Part shown: piece after piece, positions 16,559 through 25,204 of the stretch
Layout: each line of letters opens with the position of its first letter
Position numbering within the stretch: the first letter of the stretch is position 1
From: a virus
Taxonomy: Duplodnaviria > Heunggongvirae > Uroviricota > Caudoviricetes
Direction: 5' to 3' (one strand)
Virus record (IMG/VR): IMGVR_UViG_2698536590_000004
Coordinates: 1-33,618 of that record
DNA: 33,618 nucleotides
The notes under the pieces: model-generated
Databases searched by the model: none
What the model was told of the DNA's origin: nothing
Seen by the model: the letters and a program-made list of their open reading frames with translations, nothing else
Made by a program: the position numbers and the translations under genes

Positions 16559-17302
16559 ATGAATGAAGCTTGTTCTGTTGTTTTTGTTCATTCCCCGTTT
16601 GTTGTGCTCTTTGAAGGAAAAGAGCTCTCTCTGGAAAGTGGTAGTGCACTTCTTGTCAGGGGGGGAGCTGGATCGTTATTGCCCTTTTCGGAATGTTTTC
16701 GGCGAATAAGTCTCAGTGAATCGACAATTATCCGTTACCTGTTGTGTGGAGACGAAAAACAGGATGTAGTTTTAGTCCGGCAAATACCACGATATCTTTG
16801 CGTGAGTTTTCCCAAGGCAGAATTGATGGGCATCCTGATTGATTATCTTTGTGAGGAAAAGATTCATACGGACAATTTAGCGGAAATGCTTTCCTTTTCG
16901 TGTCTGGCGTTTTTCTCATCAGAGAAAATGTTTTCGTCGTTTCTGACCGCGTGTATTGGCAATATTAGTGACAGGCTTAGTGCATTGTTTCGTACGGACA
17001 TTGCAGCAAACTGGACTCTGAGAGATGTGTCTTCGCGGTTATGTATCAGTGAAAGTTTGTTAAAAAAAAGACTGAAAGAAGAAGGCACCTGTTTCAGTGA
17101 GTTGTTGCTTACAGAGAGAATGAGAATGGCAGCAATGCTGTTGAATCAATCTCGTTGCGCCATCAACAGAATCGCTGCTCAGTGTGGCTATAATTTTACA
17201 TCTTATTTTATCAGCGTATTCAGGAGTTATTTTGGTGTTACACCGGCAGGTTACAGGATGGCTGCATTCAATGAGATGAGTTTAAGTGTTACTCAAGAAT
17301 AA
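16559..17302 (+). CDS. AraC-family transcriptional regulator (AppY/EnvY-like moron)
   Basis: 247 aa from ATG 16559; C-terminal double-HTH region (LRDVSSRLCISESLLKKRLKEEGTCFSELLL...IAAQCGYNFTSYFISVFRSYFGVTPAGY); AT-rich; flanked by terminators. Confidence 0.85.
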   Translation: MNEACSVVFVHSPFVVLFEGKELSLESGSALLVRGGAGSLLPFSECFRRISLSESTIIRYLLCGDEKQDVVLVRQIPRYLCVSFPKAELMGILIDYLCEEKIHTDNLAEMLSFSCLAFFSSEKMFSSFLTACIGNISDRLSALFRTDIAANWTLRDVSSRLCISESLLKKRLKEEGTCFSELLLTERMRMAAMLLNQSRCAINRIAAQCGYNFTSYFISVFRSYFGVTPAGYRMAAFNEMSLSVTQE

Positions 17303-17327
17303 TTGAATTTTGCACTCATTGAAAACA

Positions 17328-17351
17328 GGCTCGCTGCGGCGGGCCTTTTTT
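17328..17351 (+). terminator. Intrinsic terminator after the AraC-family gene
   Basis: GGCTCGC-tgcg-GCGGGCC stem (one G-U pair) followed by TTTTTT. Confidence 0.55.
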
Positions 17352-17441
17352 ATATCCGCGCCACGTCCGGCGCACATCACATCAGATAACACCACACAAA
17401 AGGTATCTGCGGGTGCCTTTGACGGGGTGTTGTTTTTTTAC

Positions 17442-17463
17442 GGGCCGACAGTGGCCCTTTTTT
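17442..17463 (+). terminator. Second hairpin/terminator upstream of the lysis cassette
   Basis: GGGCC-gacagt-GGCCC followed by TTTTTT, just before the AGGAGA RBS of the holin-like gene. Confidence 0.45.
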
Positions 17464-17481
17464 ATTTACAGGAGAAAAAGT

Positions 17482-17874
17482 ATGTCTGAACCCTTATCCG
17501 GTTCCGGCACGGCTGCGGCGCTCGGCGGGGCGACGGTATTCGGGCTGTTTACCGGAACGGATTTCGGGATTGTGTTTGGCGCATTTGCCGGGGCGCTGTT
17601 TGTGGCCACAATGCCGCAGGCACTATCTGCCTGGCGTGTGGCAGCGCATTTTCTGGTGTCGTTTATCGTTGGCGTGCTGGGTGCGCATGTGCTGTCAGCC
17701 TGGATTGCATCAAAAACAGGTTATGACGGTACATCGGCGGATGCTCTGTGTGCGGTGCTGGTGGCGGTGGTGTCGGTGAAGATTCTCTCGTTCATCCACC
17801 AGCAGGATATTGCATCGCTGGTGTCCGGCCTGTTCTCCCGCCTGCGGGGTGGAGGAGGCGGCAATGTTAAGTAA
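17482..17874 (+). CDS. Holin-like membrane protein (three predicted TM helices)
   Basis: 130 aa from ATG 17482 (AGGAGA RBS); Gly/Ala-rich hydrophobic helices; first gene of the cluster ending in an endolysin; stop overlaps the next start. Confidence 0.55.
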   Translation: MSEPLSGSGTAAALGGATVFGLFTGTDFGIVFGAFAGALFVATMPQALSAWRVAAHFLVSFIVGVLGAHVLSAWIASKTGYDGTSADALCAVLVAVVSVKILSFIHQQDIASLVSGLFSRLRGGGGGNVK

Positions 17875-18142
17875 CCTTCCCGGATTGCTGAATGTGGCGT
17901 TATGCACGGTTATCGTGCTGACGCTCTTTTTTTATCGTCGTCGTGATTCCAGACATAAACCGCTGATGTCATGGCTGGCCTGGTTGCTGATGCTGCTGTA
18001 TGCCTTTGCGCCCCTCAGCTATCTGTGTGGTCGCCCGTTAGCAACGGGCTGGCTGGAAGTGTTTTTTAACCTGCTGTTCTGCGTGCTGGTGGTTCGTGCT
18101 CGTGGGAACGTTTCAAAAATCTTTGTATTACGAAGGCGCTGA
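17864..18142 (+). CDS. Small membrane protein of the lysis cassette (holin/antiholin-like)
   Basis: 92 aa from ATG 17864 with GGAGGAGG RBS; three hydrophobic segments; immediately precedes the endolysin start. Confidence 0.5.
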   Translation: MLSNLPGLLNVALCTVIVLTLFFYRRRDSRHKPLMSWLAWLLMLLYAFAPLSYLCGRPLATGWLEVFFNLLFCVLVVRARGNVSKIFVLRRR

Positions 18143-18143
18143 G

Positions 18144-18689
18144 ATGAAGTCGAAAGATGAAATTTTTGATGCTGTTCTTGGCAAAGAGGGCGGCTACGTC
18201 AACCACCCTGATGATAAAGGTGGTCCGACTAAATGGGGCATTACTGGAAAAGTTGCCCGTGCACACGGTTATCAGGGGGATATTCGTGACCTGACGCGTG
18301 GGCAGGCCCTCGAAATTCTTGAAGCGGACTACTGGTACGGGCCACGTTTTCACAAGGTTGCGAGCCTGTCTCCGGAGATCGCTGCTGAATTGTGTGATAC
18401 CGGCGTAAACATGGGGCCGTCAGTGGCATCCAGAATGCTTCAGCGCTGGCTTAATGTATTTAACCAGAAAGGAGAGTTGTATCCGGACATTGATGCAGAT
18501 GGTTGTATCGGCCCACGTACCATTAATGCGTTACGCGCCTATTTGTCAAAACGTGGCAGGGATGGTGAGTTGGTGATTCTGACAGCGCTAAACTGTACGC
18601 AGGGAGATCGCTACCTTGAACTGGCAGAAAAACGTGAGGCTAATGAATCGTTCGTGTATGGCTGGATGAAAGAGCGCGTGGTGGTGTAG
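18144..18689 (+). CDS. Endolysin, glycoside hydrolase family 108 N-terminal domain with C-terminal peptidoglycan-binding domain
   Basis: 181 aa from ATG 18144; FDAVLGKEGGYVNHPDDKGGPTKWGIT matches the GH108 lysozyme signature as I recall it; C-terminal half reads as a peptidoglycan-binding domain (PG_binding_3-type). Confidence 0.8.
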   Translation: MKSKDEIFDAVLGKEGGYVNHPDDKGGPTKWGITGKVARAHGYQGDIRDLTRGQALEILEADYWYGPRFHKVASLSPEIAAELCDTGVNMGPSVASRMLQRWLNVFNQKGELYPDIDADGCIGPRTINALRAYLSKRGRDGELVILTALNCTQGDRYLELAEKREANESFVYGWMKERVVV

Positions 18690-18765
18690 TTGGCATTAAT
18701 GAGGCCAGTAAATCCAACCTGCGGTTAGCTTGTTAGTAAGCGGCTCACCAGAACCGTATTGATAT

Positions 18766-20337
18766 TTACTGAGAGCTCAGATCAACTTTCCAGGGCAACA
18801 GATCGCGTACCCGGTTTGCCGGCCAGTCCTGGATATGTTCAATGACGTAGCGCAGCCATTTTTCTGGCTCCACATTGTTCAGACGGCATGTGCCGATCAG
18901 CGAGTACAACACCGCCGCATGTTCGCCACCGCTGTCGGAACCTGCGAACAGCCAGTTTTTCCGGCCCACGGCCACACCCCGTAAGGCGTTCTCTGCGATG
19001 TTGTTGTCGATTTCCACCCAGCCATTACTGCAGTACACGTTCAGGGCCTCCCACTGTTTCAGCAGGTATGCGAACGCTTTTGCCGTATCCGAGTGACGCG
19101 ACAGTGTTTTCATCTGAGTCTGTATCCAGTCATACAGTGACTGCATCAGTGGCGCAGCTCTGGCTTTTCTTGCCGCCAGACGCTGTTCTGCTGAACATCC
19201 CCGGACTTCTGCCTCGATGGCATACAGTTCACCGATACGCTGCAGGGCTTCCGTGGTGATATCGGTTGGAGCTCTTGCATGCACATCGTGGATTTTTCTC
19301 CGGGCATGGGCCATACACGCGGCTTCCGTTATTCTGCCGGATTCGTATAACGCCCGGTAGCCACCGTAAGCATCGGCCTGAAGCACTCCGCTGTAACCGG
19401 CCAGGTGATTTTGTGGATGGATGCCTTTCCGGTCCGGGCTGTACGCGAACCAGACCGCCGCAGGCATCTGTGAACCGGCGTTACGGTCATCACGGACGTA
19501 GACCCACAGCCGGGCTGTCCGGGTTTTACCGCTGCCCGGCTCCTGGACCGGGACGGGGATATCATCGGCATGGACTTTACCGGGCATCAGCACATACTGG
19601 CGCAGGACGTCATACAGTGGCTCCAGCAGTTCAGCAACGGCACCAGTCCAGCGCCCCAGCGTGGCACGACTCAGCTCCACTCCCTGACGACGGTATATTT
19701 CTGACTGGCGGTATAACGGCAGATGGTCTGCATATTTCCCGGTGACAACATGGGCCAGAAGCCCCGCTCCGGCATAGCTGCGTACAATGGGTTTTGAAGG
19801 CACCGGCGCCTGCACGATATGGTCACAACGGCAACAGGCCAGTTTCGGACGTTGTGTTTCGATAACCTTAAAGGCGCTGCTGATAAGCTCCAGTTGCTCT
19901 GACACATCACATCCCAGAGAACTGAGTTCGCCACCACAGGCAGGACAGCATTCCTCTTCCGGCCGGATAACCCGGGTTTCTCGGGGAAGTGAGGCCGGTA
20001 ACGGTTTACGGGCTGAAGACTGGCGCAGTGCAGATGGCAGTGCCGGGTCATATTGCTCACCCAGCGTTTCCGCCATTTCTTCCTGAAGTGCGCTGATTCG
20101 CTCCTGTGCTTCCTGTATCTGTCGTTCGGTTTTTGCGCGAAGTTTTTCTGAGCTTTTACCGAACTGCATGCGCTGCAGTTTTGCAACCAGCGCCTTCAGC
20201 CGGTTGATTTCAGAAGCATAAGCCGCCAACCTCTGTGAGAGCAGGCGGTTGTATTCGGCCATCTGGCGGATGGTGTCCTGTTGCGTCTGCAACAGTGCCC
20301 GCAGGCGGGCATTCTCATGAGCAAGTGAGGTGTCCAT
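18766..20337 (-). CDS. IS66-family transposase (TnpC/Orf3)
   Basis: 523-aa ORF with coiled-coil N-terminus, Cys motifs ([14 protein letters not shown]) and a conserved catalytic core typical of IS66 transposases. Confidence 0.85.
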   Translation of the reverse strand: MDTSLAHENARLRALLQTQQDTIRQMAEYNRLLSQRLAAYASEINRLKALVAKLQRMQFGKSSEKLRAKTERQIQEAQERISALQEEMAETLGEQYDPALPSALRQSSARKPLPASLPRETRVIRPEEECCPACGGELSSLGCDVSEQLELISSAFKVIETQRPKLACCRCDHIVQAPVPSKPIVRSYAGAGLLAHVVTGKYADHLPLYRQSEIYRRQGVELSRATLGRWTGAVAELLEPLYDVLRQYVLMPGKVHADDIPVPVQEPGSGKTRTARLWVYVRDDRNAGSQMPAAVWFAYSPDRKGIHPQNHLAGYSGVLQADAYGGYRALYESGRITEAACMAHARRKIHDVHARAPTDITTEALQRIGELYAIEAEVRGCSAEQRLAARKARAAPLMQSLYDWIQTQMKTLSRHSDTAKAFAYLLKQWEALNVYCSNGWVEIDNNIAENALRGVAVGRKNWLFAGSDSGGEHAAVLYSLIGTCRLNNVEPEKWLRYVIEHIQDWPANRVRDLLPWKVDLSSQ

Positions 20338-20356
20338 ATCCTCACTTTACAACGGG

Positions 20357-20704
20357 TTATATACGGATTCCAGCGCGTTCCGTTCGTTTCGGGTGCTTCC
20401 AGTCGATGCCCTCGAGAAGCATGGACAACTGAGCCGGAGTAAGGTGAACCTTTCCATCGCGGGTGACCGGCCAGACGAAGCGGCCCCGCTCCAGGCGTTT
20501 GGTGAAGAGGCACAGTCCGTCACTGTCAGCCCACAGCACTTTTATCTGGTCACCCCGGCGTCCGCGGAAGATAAACAGGTGTCCGGAGAACGGGTCATCC
20601 TTCAGGACGTTCTGAACTTTTGATGCCAGGCCGTTAAAGCCATTTCGCATGTCGGTGATACCGGCAACCAGCCAGATACGCGAACCGGCAGGGAGAGATA
20701 TCAT
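20357..20704 (-). CDS. IS66-family accessory protein TnpB (Orf2)
   Basis: 115-aa ORF (MISLPAGSRIWLVAGITDMRNGFNGLASKVQ...) typical of IS66 Orf2; immediately upstream of tnpC. Confidence 0.8.
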   Translation of the reverse strand: MISLPAGSRIWLVAGITDMRNGFNGLASKVQNVLKDDPFSGHLFIFRGRRGDQIKVLWADSDGLCLFTKRLERGRFVWPVTRDGKVHLTPAQLSMLLEGIDWKHPKRTERAGIRI

Positions 20705-21354
20705 CAGTGGCTGCTCCCTTTCATTTCGCGGATAAGTGTCTGTAATAACGCCGGTGTCAGTTCACCTTTCAGCCTGAGAGTTCCGGCCGGCAGAACCAGC
20801 TCGCAGCACAGACTGTCTGGCAGTGTATTTATCTGTTCAGGTATCTGCACTGGTGCCGGGATTTTATTATCCGGCTCCGGCGTTAACGTCACGGGAAGTA
20901 GCGATGTTTCATGTTCGCCGGGCGGCTGCAGGCCGCCGTTACGCCAGAGATGCCGCCAGTTAAAGAGCAGGTTATCGTTGATTCCGTTCTCGCGAGCTAT
21001 TTGTGCGACACAGGCACCGGGTAAAAGAGTCTGCTGAACAAGTCTCCATTTAAACTCCTGTGAAAATCGGTTCCGGCGGTTTTTCTCTGTTTTCACAGTC
21101 TGAGTTACTGTCGGGGCTGAAGGGTATCGCCCCGGGAAAAGAGCCCGGGCCAGTTGCATGCAGGAATATTCACCGGAAAGAGGCCAGTCAGCGAATATCT
21201 GGTGAAATCGCCTCACCAGAGAAAAAATGGCGGTTTTGCTGACACCGGTCTGCACAGAAATGCGCGGGTACGACAGTGACTCGTCAAATCTCAGTTGTAG
21301 CACACGCAGGATCAATTCCGGATTATCTGCCAGTACCGCCTTTCGTGCATTCAT
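20704..21354 (-). CDS. IS66-family accessory protein TnpA (Orf1); start uncertain
   Basis: 216-aa ORF; C-terminal part (RFSQEFKWRLVQQTLLPGACVAQIARENGINDNLLFNWRHLW) matches IS66 Orf1; stop overlaps tnpB start. Confidence 0.7.
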   Translation of the reverse strand: MNARKAVLADNPELILRVLQLRFDESLSYPRISVQTGVSKTAIFSLVRRFHQIFADWPLSGEYSCMQLARALFPGRYPSAPTVTQTVKTEKNRRNRFSQEFKWRLVQQTLLPGACVAQIARENGINDNLLFNWRHLWRNGGLQPPGEHETSLLPVTLTPEPDNKIPAPVQIPEQINTLPDSLCCELVLPAGTLRLKGELTPALLQTLIREMKGSSH

Positions 21355-21718
21355 CTTAAATGTCCTTTTACTGCGAAAATGGACATTAGTATCGGAAACA
21401 GGAAAGGGAGGCGAAAGACGGTTTAAATGAGACGGTTACGCTTGTTATTAGACTTACCGAACAAGAAAAACGACTGGAGAAAGAGTTCGGTTTTTATACC
21501 AAACAAAGAGGAGAATATGAATCAGTGAGTACAGAGAAAAATCCTCGGCAGATCGTATAAATCTTCTTTTAAAGCCGTCCGTTATGAAAGGAATAGAAAA
21601 GAAAGTAACTGCACGTCTTTATGTGACACGGTCTGCTTTTGCTATTTTTCTTTTGGAGGTTGTTATTTGCGCATCAAGTGCAGATAGAGTTGCCCATCGA
21701 GATGGGCAACTTATGATA

Positions 21719-22012
21719 TTATTGTGAGCAATATACCCGAGCTTCCAGCGGAGTATAAATGCCGAAAGTGATAAAACCGAGCAATCCATTTACGAATGTT
21801 TGCTGGGTTTCAGTCTTAACAACTTTTTCTGCGCCACCACAAATTTTGGCTGCATCGACAGTTTTCTTCTGACCAATTCCAGAAACGAAGAAATGATGAG
21901 TGATGGTTTCCTTCGGTGTTACTGTTGTCGGTTGGTTTTCAACAGTAAACGTCTGTTGAGCACATCCAGAGATAAGCAGGGCCAGCGTGAAAGTGAGTAG
22001 CGTTTTTTTCAT
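21719..22012 (-). CDS. bor: Bor lipoprotein (Bor/Iss family, serum-resistance-associated)
   Basis: 97-aa ORF with lipoprotein signal and lipobox (LLISGC); near-identical over most of its length to lambda Bor as I recall it (ETITHHFFVSGIGQKKTVDAAKICGG...EARVYCSQ). Confidence 0.9.
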   Translation of the reverse strand: MKKTLLTFTLALLISGCAQQTFTVENQPTTVTPKETITHHFFVSGIGQKKTVDAAKICGGAEKVVKTETQQTFVNGLLGFITFGIYTPLEARVYCSQ

Positions 22013-22236
22013 AGTGTTATTCCCGTTGTGTTTTTAAGGTTGTTGAATCGTATTTGTAGAAATTTAAACAAAACCTAAACAATGAGTTGAAATCTCATAT
22101 TTTTAATGTTTATTAAAGTATGCCAGATGTGCTGTATTTTCATTGTATTCCCGGATTAACTATGTCCTCAGTACCGACTGGTAACTCCTGTGTGGGAGTG
22201 CCGGATAGTGAGGGGGATTAAACCGGGCGATATGGT

Positions 22237-22647
22237 TTAGCGTGGAAAAAATTGTGTCGTGTTCTGAATGCTTTCGGTAAACAATAATGAGTTGTCAAAG
22301 GTATAGTAATACCTTTTGTGTTCATGGACATTTGTAACCCATCGGAAAACTCCAGCCTTAGCCAGATTTTCCCTGTATTCATGAAATGTGATTTCTCTTG
22401 ATTTCAACTTATGAGAGTAAGTTTCTATAAGTCGCGTGTCTCTGCGAAATTTAACATTCACAACCTCCTCAAGTCCTTTTATTAACACTGCGTTATCATT
22501 TTTCAATACAACGTGAATATTACCTGTGGCTAAATAGTAAATGTAATGTGAGACATTGTGACGTTTTAGTTCAGAGTAAAATCGGTCACAGTTTAAATCT
22601 TTCCGCACTTGATCAAATATTTCTTTAAAAAGGGCAACCTGAGCCAT
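22237..22647 (-). CDS. DUF1398-family prophage protein (YbcV/YdfO-like)
   Basis: 136-aa AT-rich ORF; position between bor and the terminase genes matches DLP12 borD-ybcV; family assignment from memory. Confidence 0.55.
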   Translation of the reverse strand: MAQVALFKEIFDQVRKDLNCDRFYSELKRHNVSHYIYYLATGNIHVVLKNDNAVLIKGLEEVVNVKFRRDTRLIETYSHKLKSREITFHEYRENLAKAGVFRWVTNVHEHKRYYYTFDNSLLFTESIQNTTQFFPR

Positions 22648-22809
22648 CAGTATAACCTTGTATATGATATGGGGTGCGTAGTCTGCATGAGAGCTTTTAA
22701 TACTGCAATCTGGTCAGATGTCTTTATCCTGTGTGGATGATAATTGATCTTACCCAGCAATAGTGGACACGCGGCTAAGTGAGTAAACTCTCAGTCAGAG
22801 GTGACTCAC

Positions 22810-23109
22810 ATGACAAAAACAGTATCAACCAGTAAAAAACCCCGTAAACAGCATTCGCCTGAATTTCGCAGTGAAGCCCTGAAGCTTGCTGAACGCATCG
22901 GTGTTACTGCCGCAGCCCGTGAACTCAGCCTGTATGAATCACAGCTCTACAACTGGCGCAGTAAACAGCAAAATCAGCAGACGTCTTCTGAACGTGAACT
23001 GGAGATGTCTACCGAGATTGCACGTCTCAAACGCCAGCTGGCAGAACGGGATGAAGAGCTGGCTATCCTCCAAAAGGCCGCGACATACTTCGCGAAGCGC
23101 CTGAAATGA
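22810..23109 (+). CDS. insE: IS3 transposase OrfA (InsE)
   Basis: [50 protein letters not shown]... is the IS3 OrfA HTH protein; ATG at 22810 (track start 22801). Confidence 0.9.
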   Translation: MTKTVSTSKKPRKQHSPEFRSEALKLAERIGVTAAARELSLYESQLYNWRSKQQNQQTSSERELEMSTEIARLKRQLAERDEELAILQKAATYFAKRLK

Positions 23110-23972
23110 AGTATGTCTTTATTGAAAAACATCAGGCTGAGTTCAGCATCAAAGCAATGTGCCGCGTGCTCCGGGTGGCCCGCAGCGGCTGGTATACGTG
23201 GTGTCAGCGGCGGACAAGGATAAGCATGCGTCAGCAGTTCCGCCAACACTGCGACAGCGTTGTCCTCGCGGCTTTTACCCGGTCAAAACAGCGTTACGGT
23301 GCCCCACGCCTGACGGATGAACTGCGTGCTCAGGGTTACCCCTTTAACGTAAAAACCGTGGCGGCAAGCCTGCGCCGTCAGGGACTGAGGGCAAAGGCCT
23401 CCCGGAAGTTCAGCCCGGTCAGCTACCGCGCACACGGCCTGCCTGTGTCAGAAAATCTGTTGGAGCAGGATTTTTACGCCAGTGGCCCGAACCAGAAGTG
23501 GGCAGGAGACATCACGTACTTACGTACAGATGAAGGCTGGCTGTATCTGGCAGTGGTCATTGACCTGTGGTCACGTGCCGTTATTGGCTGGTCAATGTCG
23601 CCACGCATGACGGCGCAACTGGCCTGCGATGCCCTGCAGATGGCGCTGTGGCGGCGTAAGAGGCCCCGGAACGTTATCGTTCACACGGACCGTGGAGGCC
23701 AGTACTGTTCAGCAGATTATCAGGCGCAACAGAAACGGCATAATCTGCGTGGAAGTATGAGCGCAAAAGGTTGCTGCTACGATAATGCCTGCGTGGAAAG
23801 CTTCTTTCATTCGCTGAAAGTGGAATGTATCCATGGAGAACACTTTATCAGCCGGGAAATAATGCGGGCAACGGTGTTTAATTATATCGAATGTGATTAC
23901 AATCGGTGGCGGCGGCACAGTTGGTGTGGCGGCCTCAGTCCGGAACAATTTGAAAACCAGAACCTCGCTTAG
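23106..23972 (+). CDS. insF: IS3 transposase OrfB (InsF), DDE integrase-type catalytic domain
   Basis: 288-aa ORF overlapping orfA (ATGA); DDE-type core ([26 protein letters not shown]...HTDRGGQY...); normally expressed as an OrfAB frameshift fusion. Confidence 0.9.
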   Translation: MKYVFIEKHQAEFSIKAMCRVLRVARSGWYTWCQRRTRISMRQQFRQHCDSVVLAAFTRSKQRYGAPRLTDELRAQGYPFNVKTVAASLRRQGLRAKASRKFSPVSYRAHGLPVSENLLEQDFYASGPNQKWAGDITYLRTDEGWLYLAVVIDLWSRAVIGWSMSPRMTAQLACDALQMALWRRKRPRNVIVHTDRGGQYCSADYQAQQKRHNLRGSMSAKGCCYDNACVESFFHSLKVECIHGEHFISREIMRATVFNYIECDYNRWRRHSWCGGLSPEQFENQNLA

Positions 23973-24439
23973 GCCTGTGTCCATATTACGTGGGTAGGAT
24001 CAAATTGTCAGAGATTATGAGGTTTTTTTAACCTATGGAATTACCGGAAGGTGCGAAAATTACAAAGTAAGAAGCGTTATAGAAGTCCTTCATACAGTGA
24101 AGGACTTCTATAATCTTAGAAATAAAAAAACCGGTCATAGGGAGCTACACAGAACCGGTCGGCGAAGATCGCCAATACCACCCATGCATCGATACAACAT
24201 ACTACTGACAATAGCTGCTATTGATGTAAAAGCAATGTTATGCATCGATGAAAATAAAAAACCGGCAGGGGAAATCCATTGAAGATTTGCCGGTGGCAAA
24301 AGTAGCCAATGCTTTTATAACCGTAGTCGCAGAGTTATGAAGTGCAACACCGAATGCTGTCGGTATATGACTGAATGGTGTTTCAATGATGTACATCATT
24401 CCTACTGTAAATGTAATTAATAATAACTCTATTTGTACG

Positions 24440-24640
24440 GGTCCTTCCGGTGGGGTGGTCTGCCACGGGGCGGCAGCGGCGCGGATTTTCGCTATTTATG
24501 AAAATTTTTCGGGAAAAAGCGTGTCGGTACTTCTCGTGTATAACTCATTGTTTTTTCATCAATCACATCCGTAAAAGGTCCGACATGAAAGTGCCCGAAA
24601 AAGACGTTTTTGAGCACTTCCATGTCGGACCCTGCATTTG
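24440..24640 (+). other. cos site region (cosQ-cosN-cosB) upstream of the small terminase gene
   Basis: ACGGGGCGGCAGCGGCGCGGATTTTCGCTATTTATGAAAATTTT closely resembles the lambda cohesive-end region as I recall it (GGGCGGCGACCTCGCGGGTTTTCGCTATTTATGAAAATTTT); 11-bp inverted repeat GGTCCGACATG/CATGTCGGACC (about 24567-24631) lies in the presumed cosB segment. Confidence 0.7.
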
Positions 24641-24655
24641 ATATGGAAATGTTTT

Positions 24656-25204
24656 ATGAAGGTTAATAAAAAGAAGCTCGCGGAAATTTTCAACGTGGAT
24701 CCACGAACGATTGAACGCTGGCAGTCTCAGGGGCTCTCTTGTGTCTCTGGTGGTAGTAAGGGGGTTGAATCTGTATTTGATACCGCCATGGCAATTCAGT
24801 GGTATGCGCAGCGCGAAGCCGATATTGAAAACGAAAAACTCCGCAAAGAGACCGAGGATTTGCGTGCGGCTGCGGAATCAGATTTACAACCCGGCACCAT
24901 TGACTATGAGCGCTACCGACTCACAAAAGCACAGGCTGATGCACAGGAACTGAAAAATGCCCGCGAAGAAGGGCTGGTACTGGAAACGGAATTGTTTACC
25001 TTCATTCTGCAACGTGTGGCACAGGAGATTTCGGGGATACTTGTACGTGTGCCGCTGACATTACAGCGTAAATATCCGGATATTTCACCGTCACACCTTG
25101 ATGTGGTGAAAACTGAAATCGCAAAAGCCTCCAACGTTGCAGCTAAAGCTGGTGAGAACGTAGGCGGGTGGATTGATGATTTCAGACGCACAGAAGGCAG
25201 CTAA
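24656..25204 (+). CDS. nu1: Terminase small subunit (lambda Nu1 homolog)
   Basis: 182 aa from ATG 24656; N-terminal HTH ([25 protein letters not shown]) and central [10 protein letters not shown]...DLQPGTI...[12 protein letters not shown] resemble lambda Nu1; sits directly after cos. Confidence 0.9.
   Translation: MKVNKKKLAEIFNVDPRTIERWQSQGLSCVSGGSKGVESVFDTAMAIQWYAQREADIENEKLRKETEDLRAAAESDLQPGTIDYERYRLTKAQADAQELKNAREEGLVLETELFTFILQRVAQEISGILVRVPLTLQRKYPDISPSHLDVVKTEIAKASNVAAKAGENVGGWIDDFRRTEGS

Larger units (their letters stand above)
18736..21439 (-). mobile_element. IS66-family insertion sequence (IS679/ISEc8-like), 2704 bp, with 8-bp target-site duplication
   Basis: Ends GTAAGCGGCTC... 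(left) and ...GAGACGGTTAC (right) are imperfect inverted repeats; GCTTGTTA occurs directly outside both ends (18728-18735, 21440-21447); carries three co-oriented ORFs typical of IS66. Confidence 0.8.
22745..24002 (+). mobile_element. IS3 insertion sequence (1258 bp) with 3-bp target-site duplication AAT
   Basis: Ends TGATCTTACCCAGCAATAGTGGACAC... and ...TACGTGGGTAGGATCA match IS3 termini as I recall them; AAT flanks both ends (22742-22744, 24003-24005); two overlapping transposase ORFs. Confidence 0.9.

Noticed and set aside
18875-20186. Multiple ORFs overlapping the IS66 transposase on both strands
   Set aside because: They fall inside the conserved tnpC frame; IS66 elements encode three co-oriented ORFs only.
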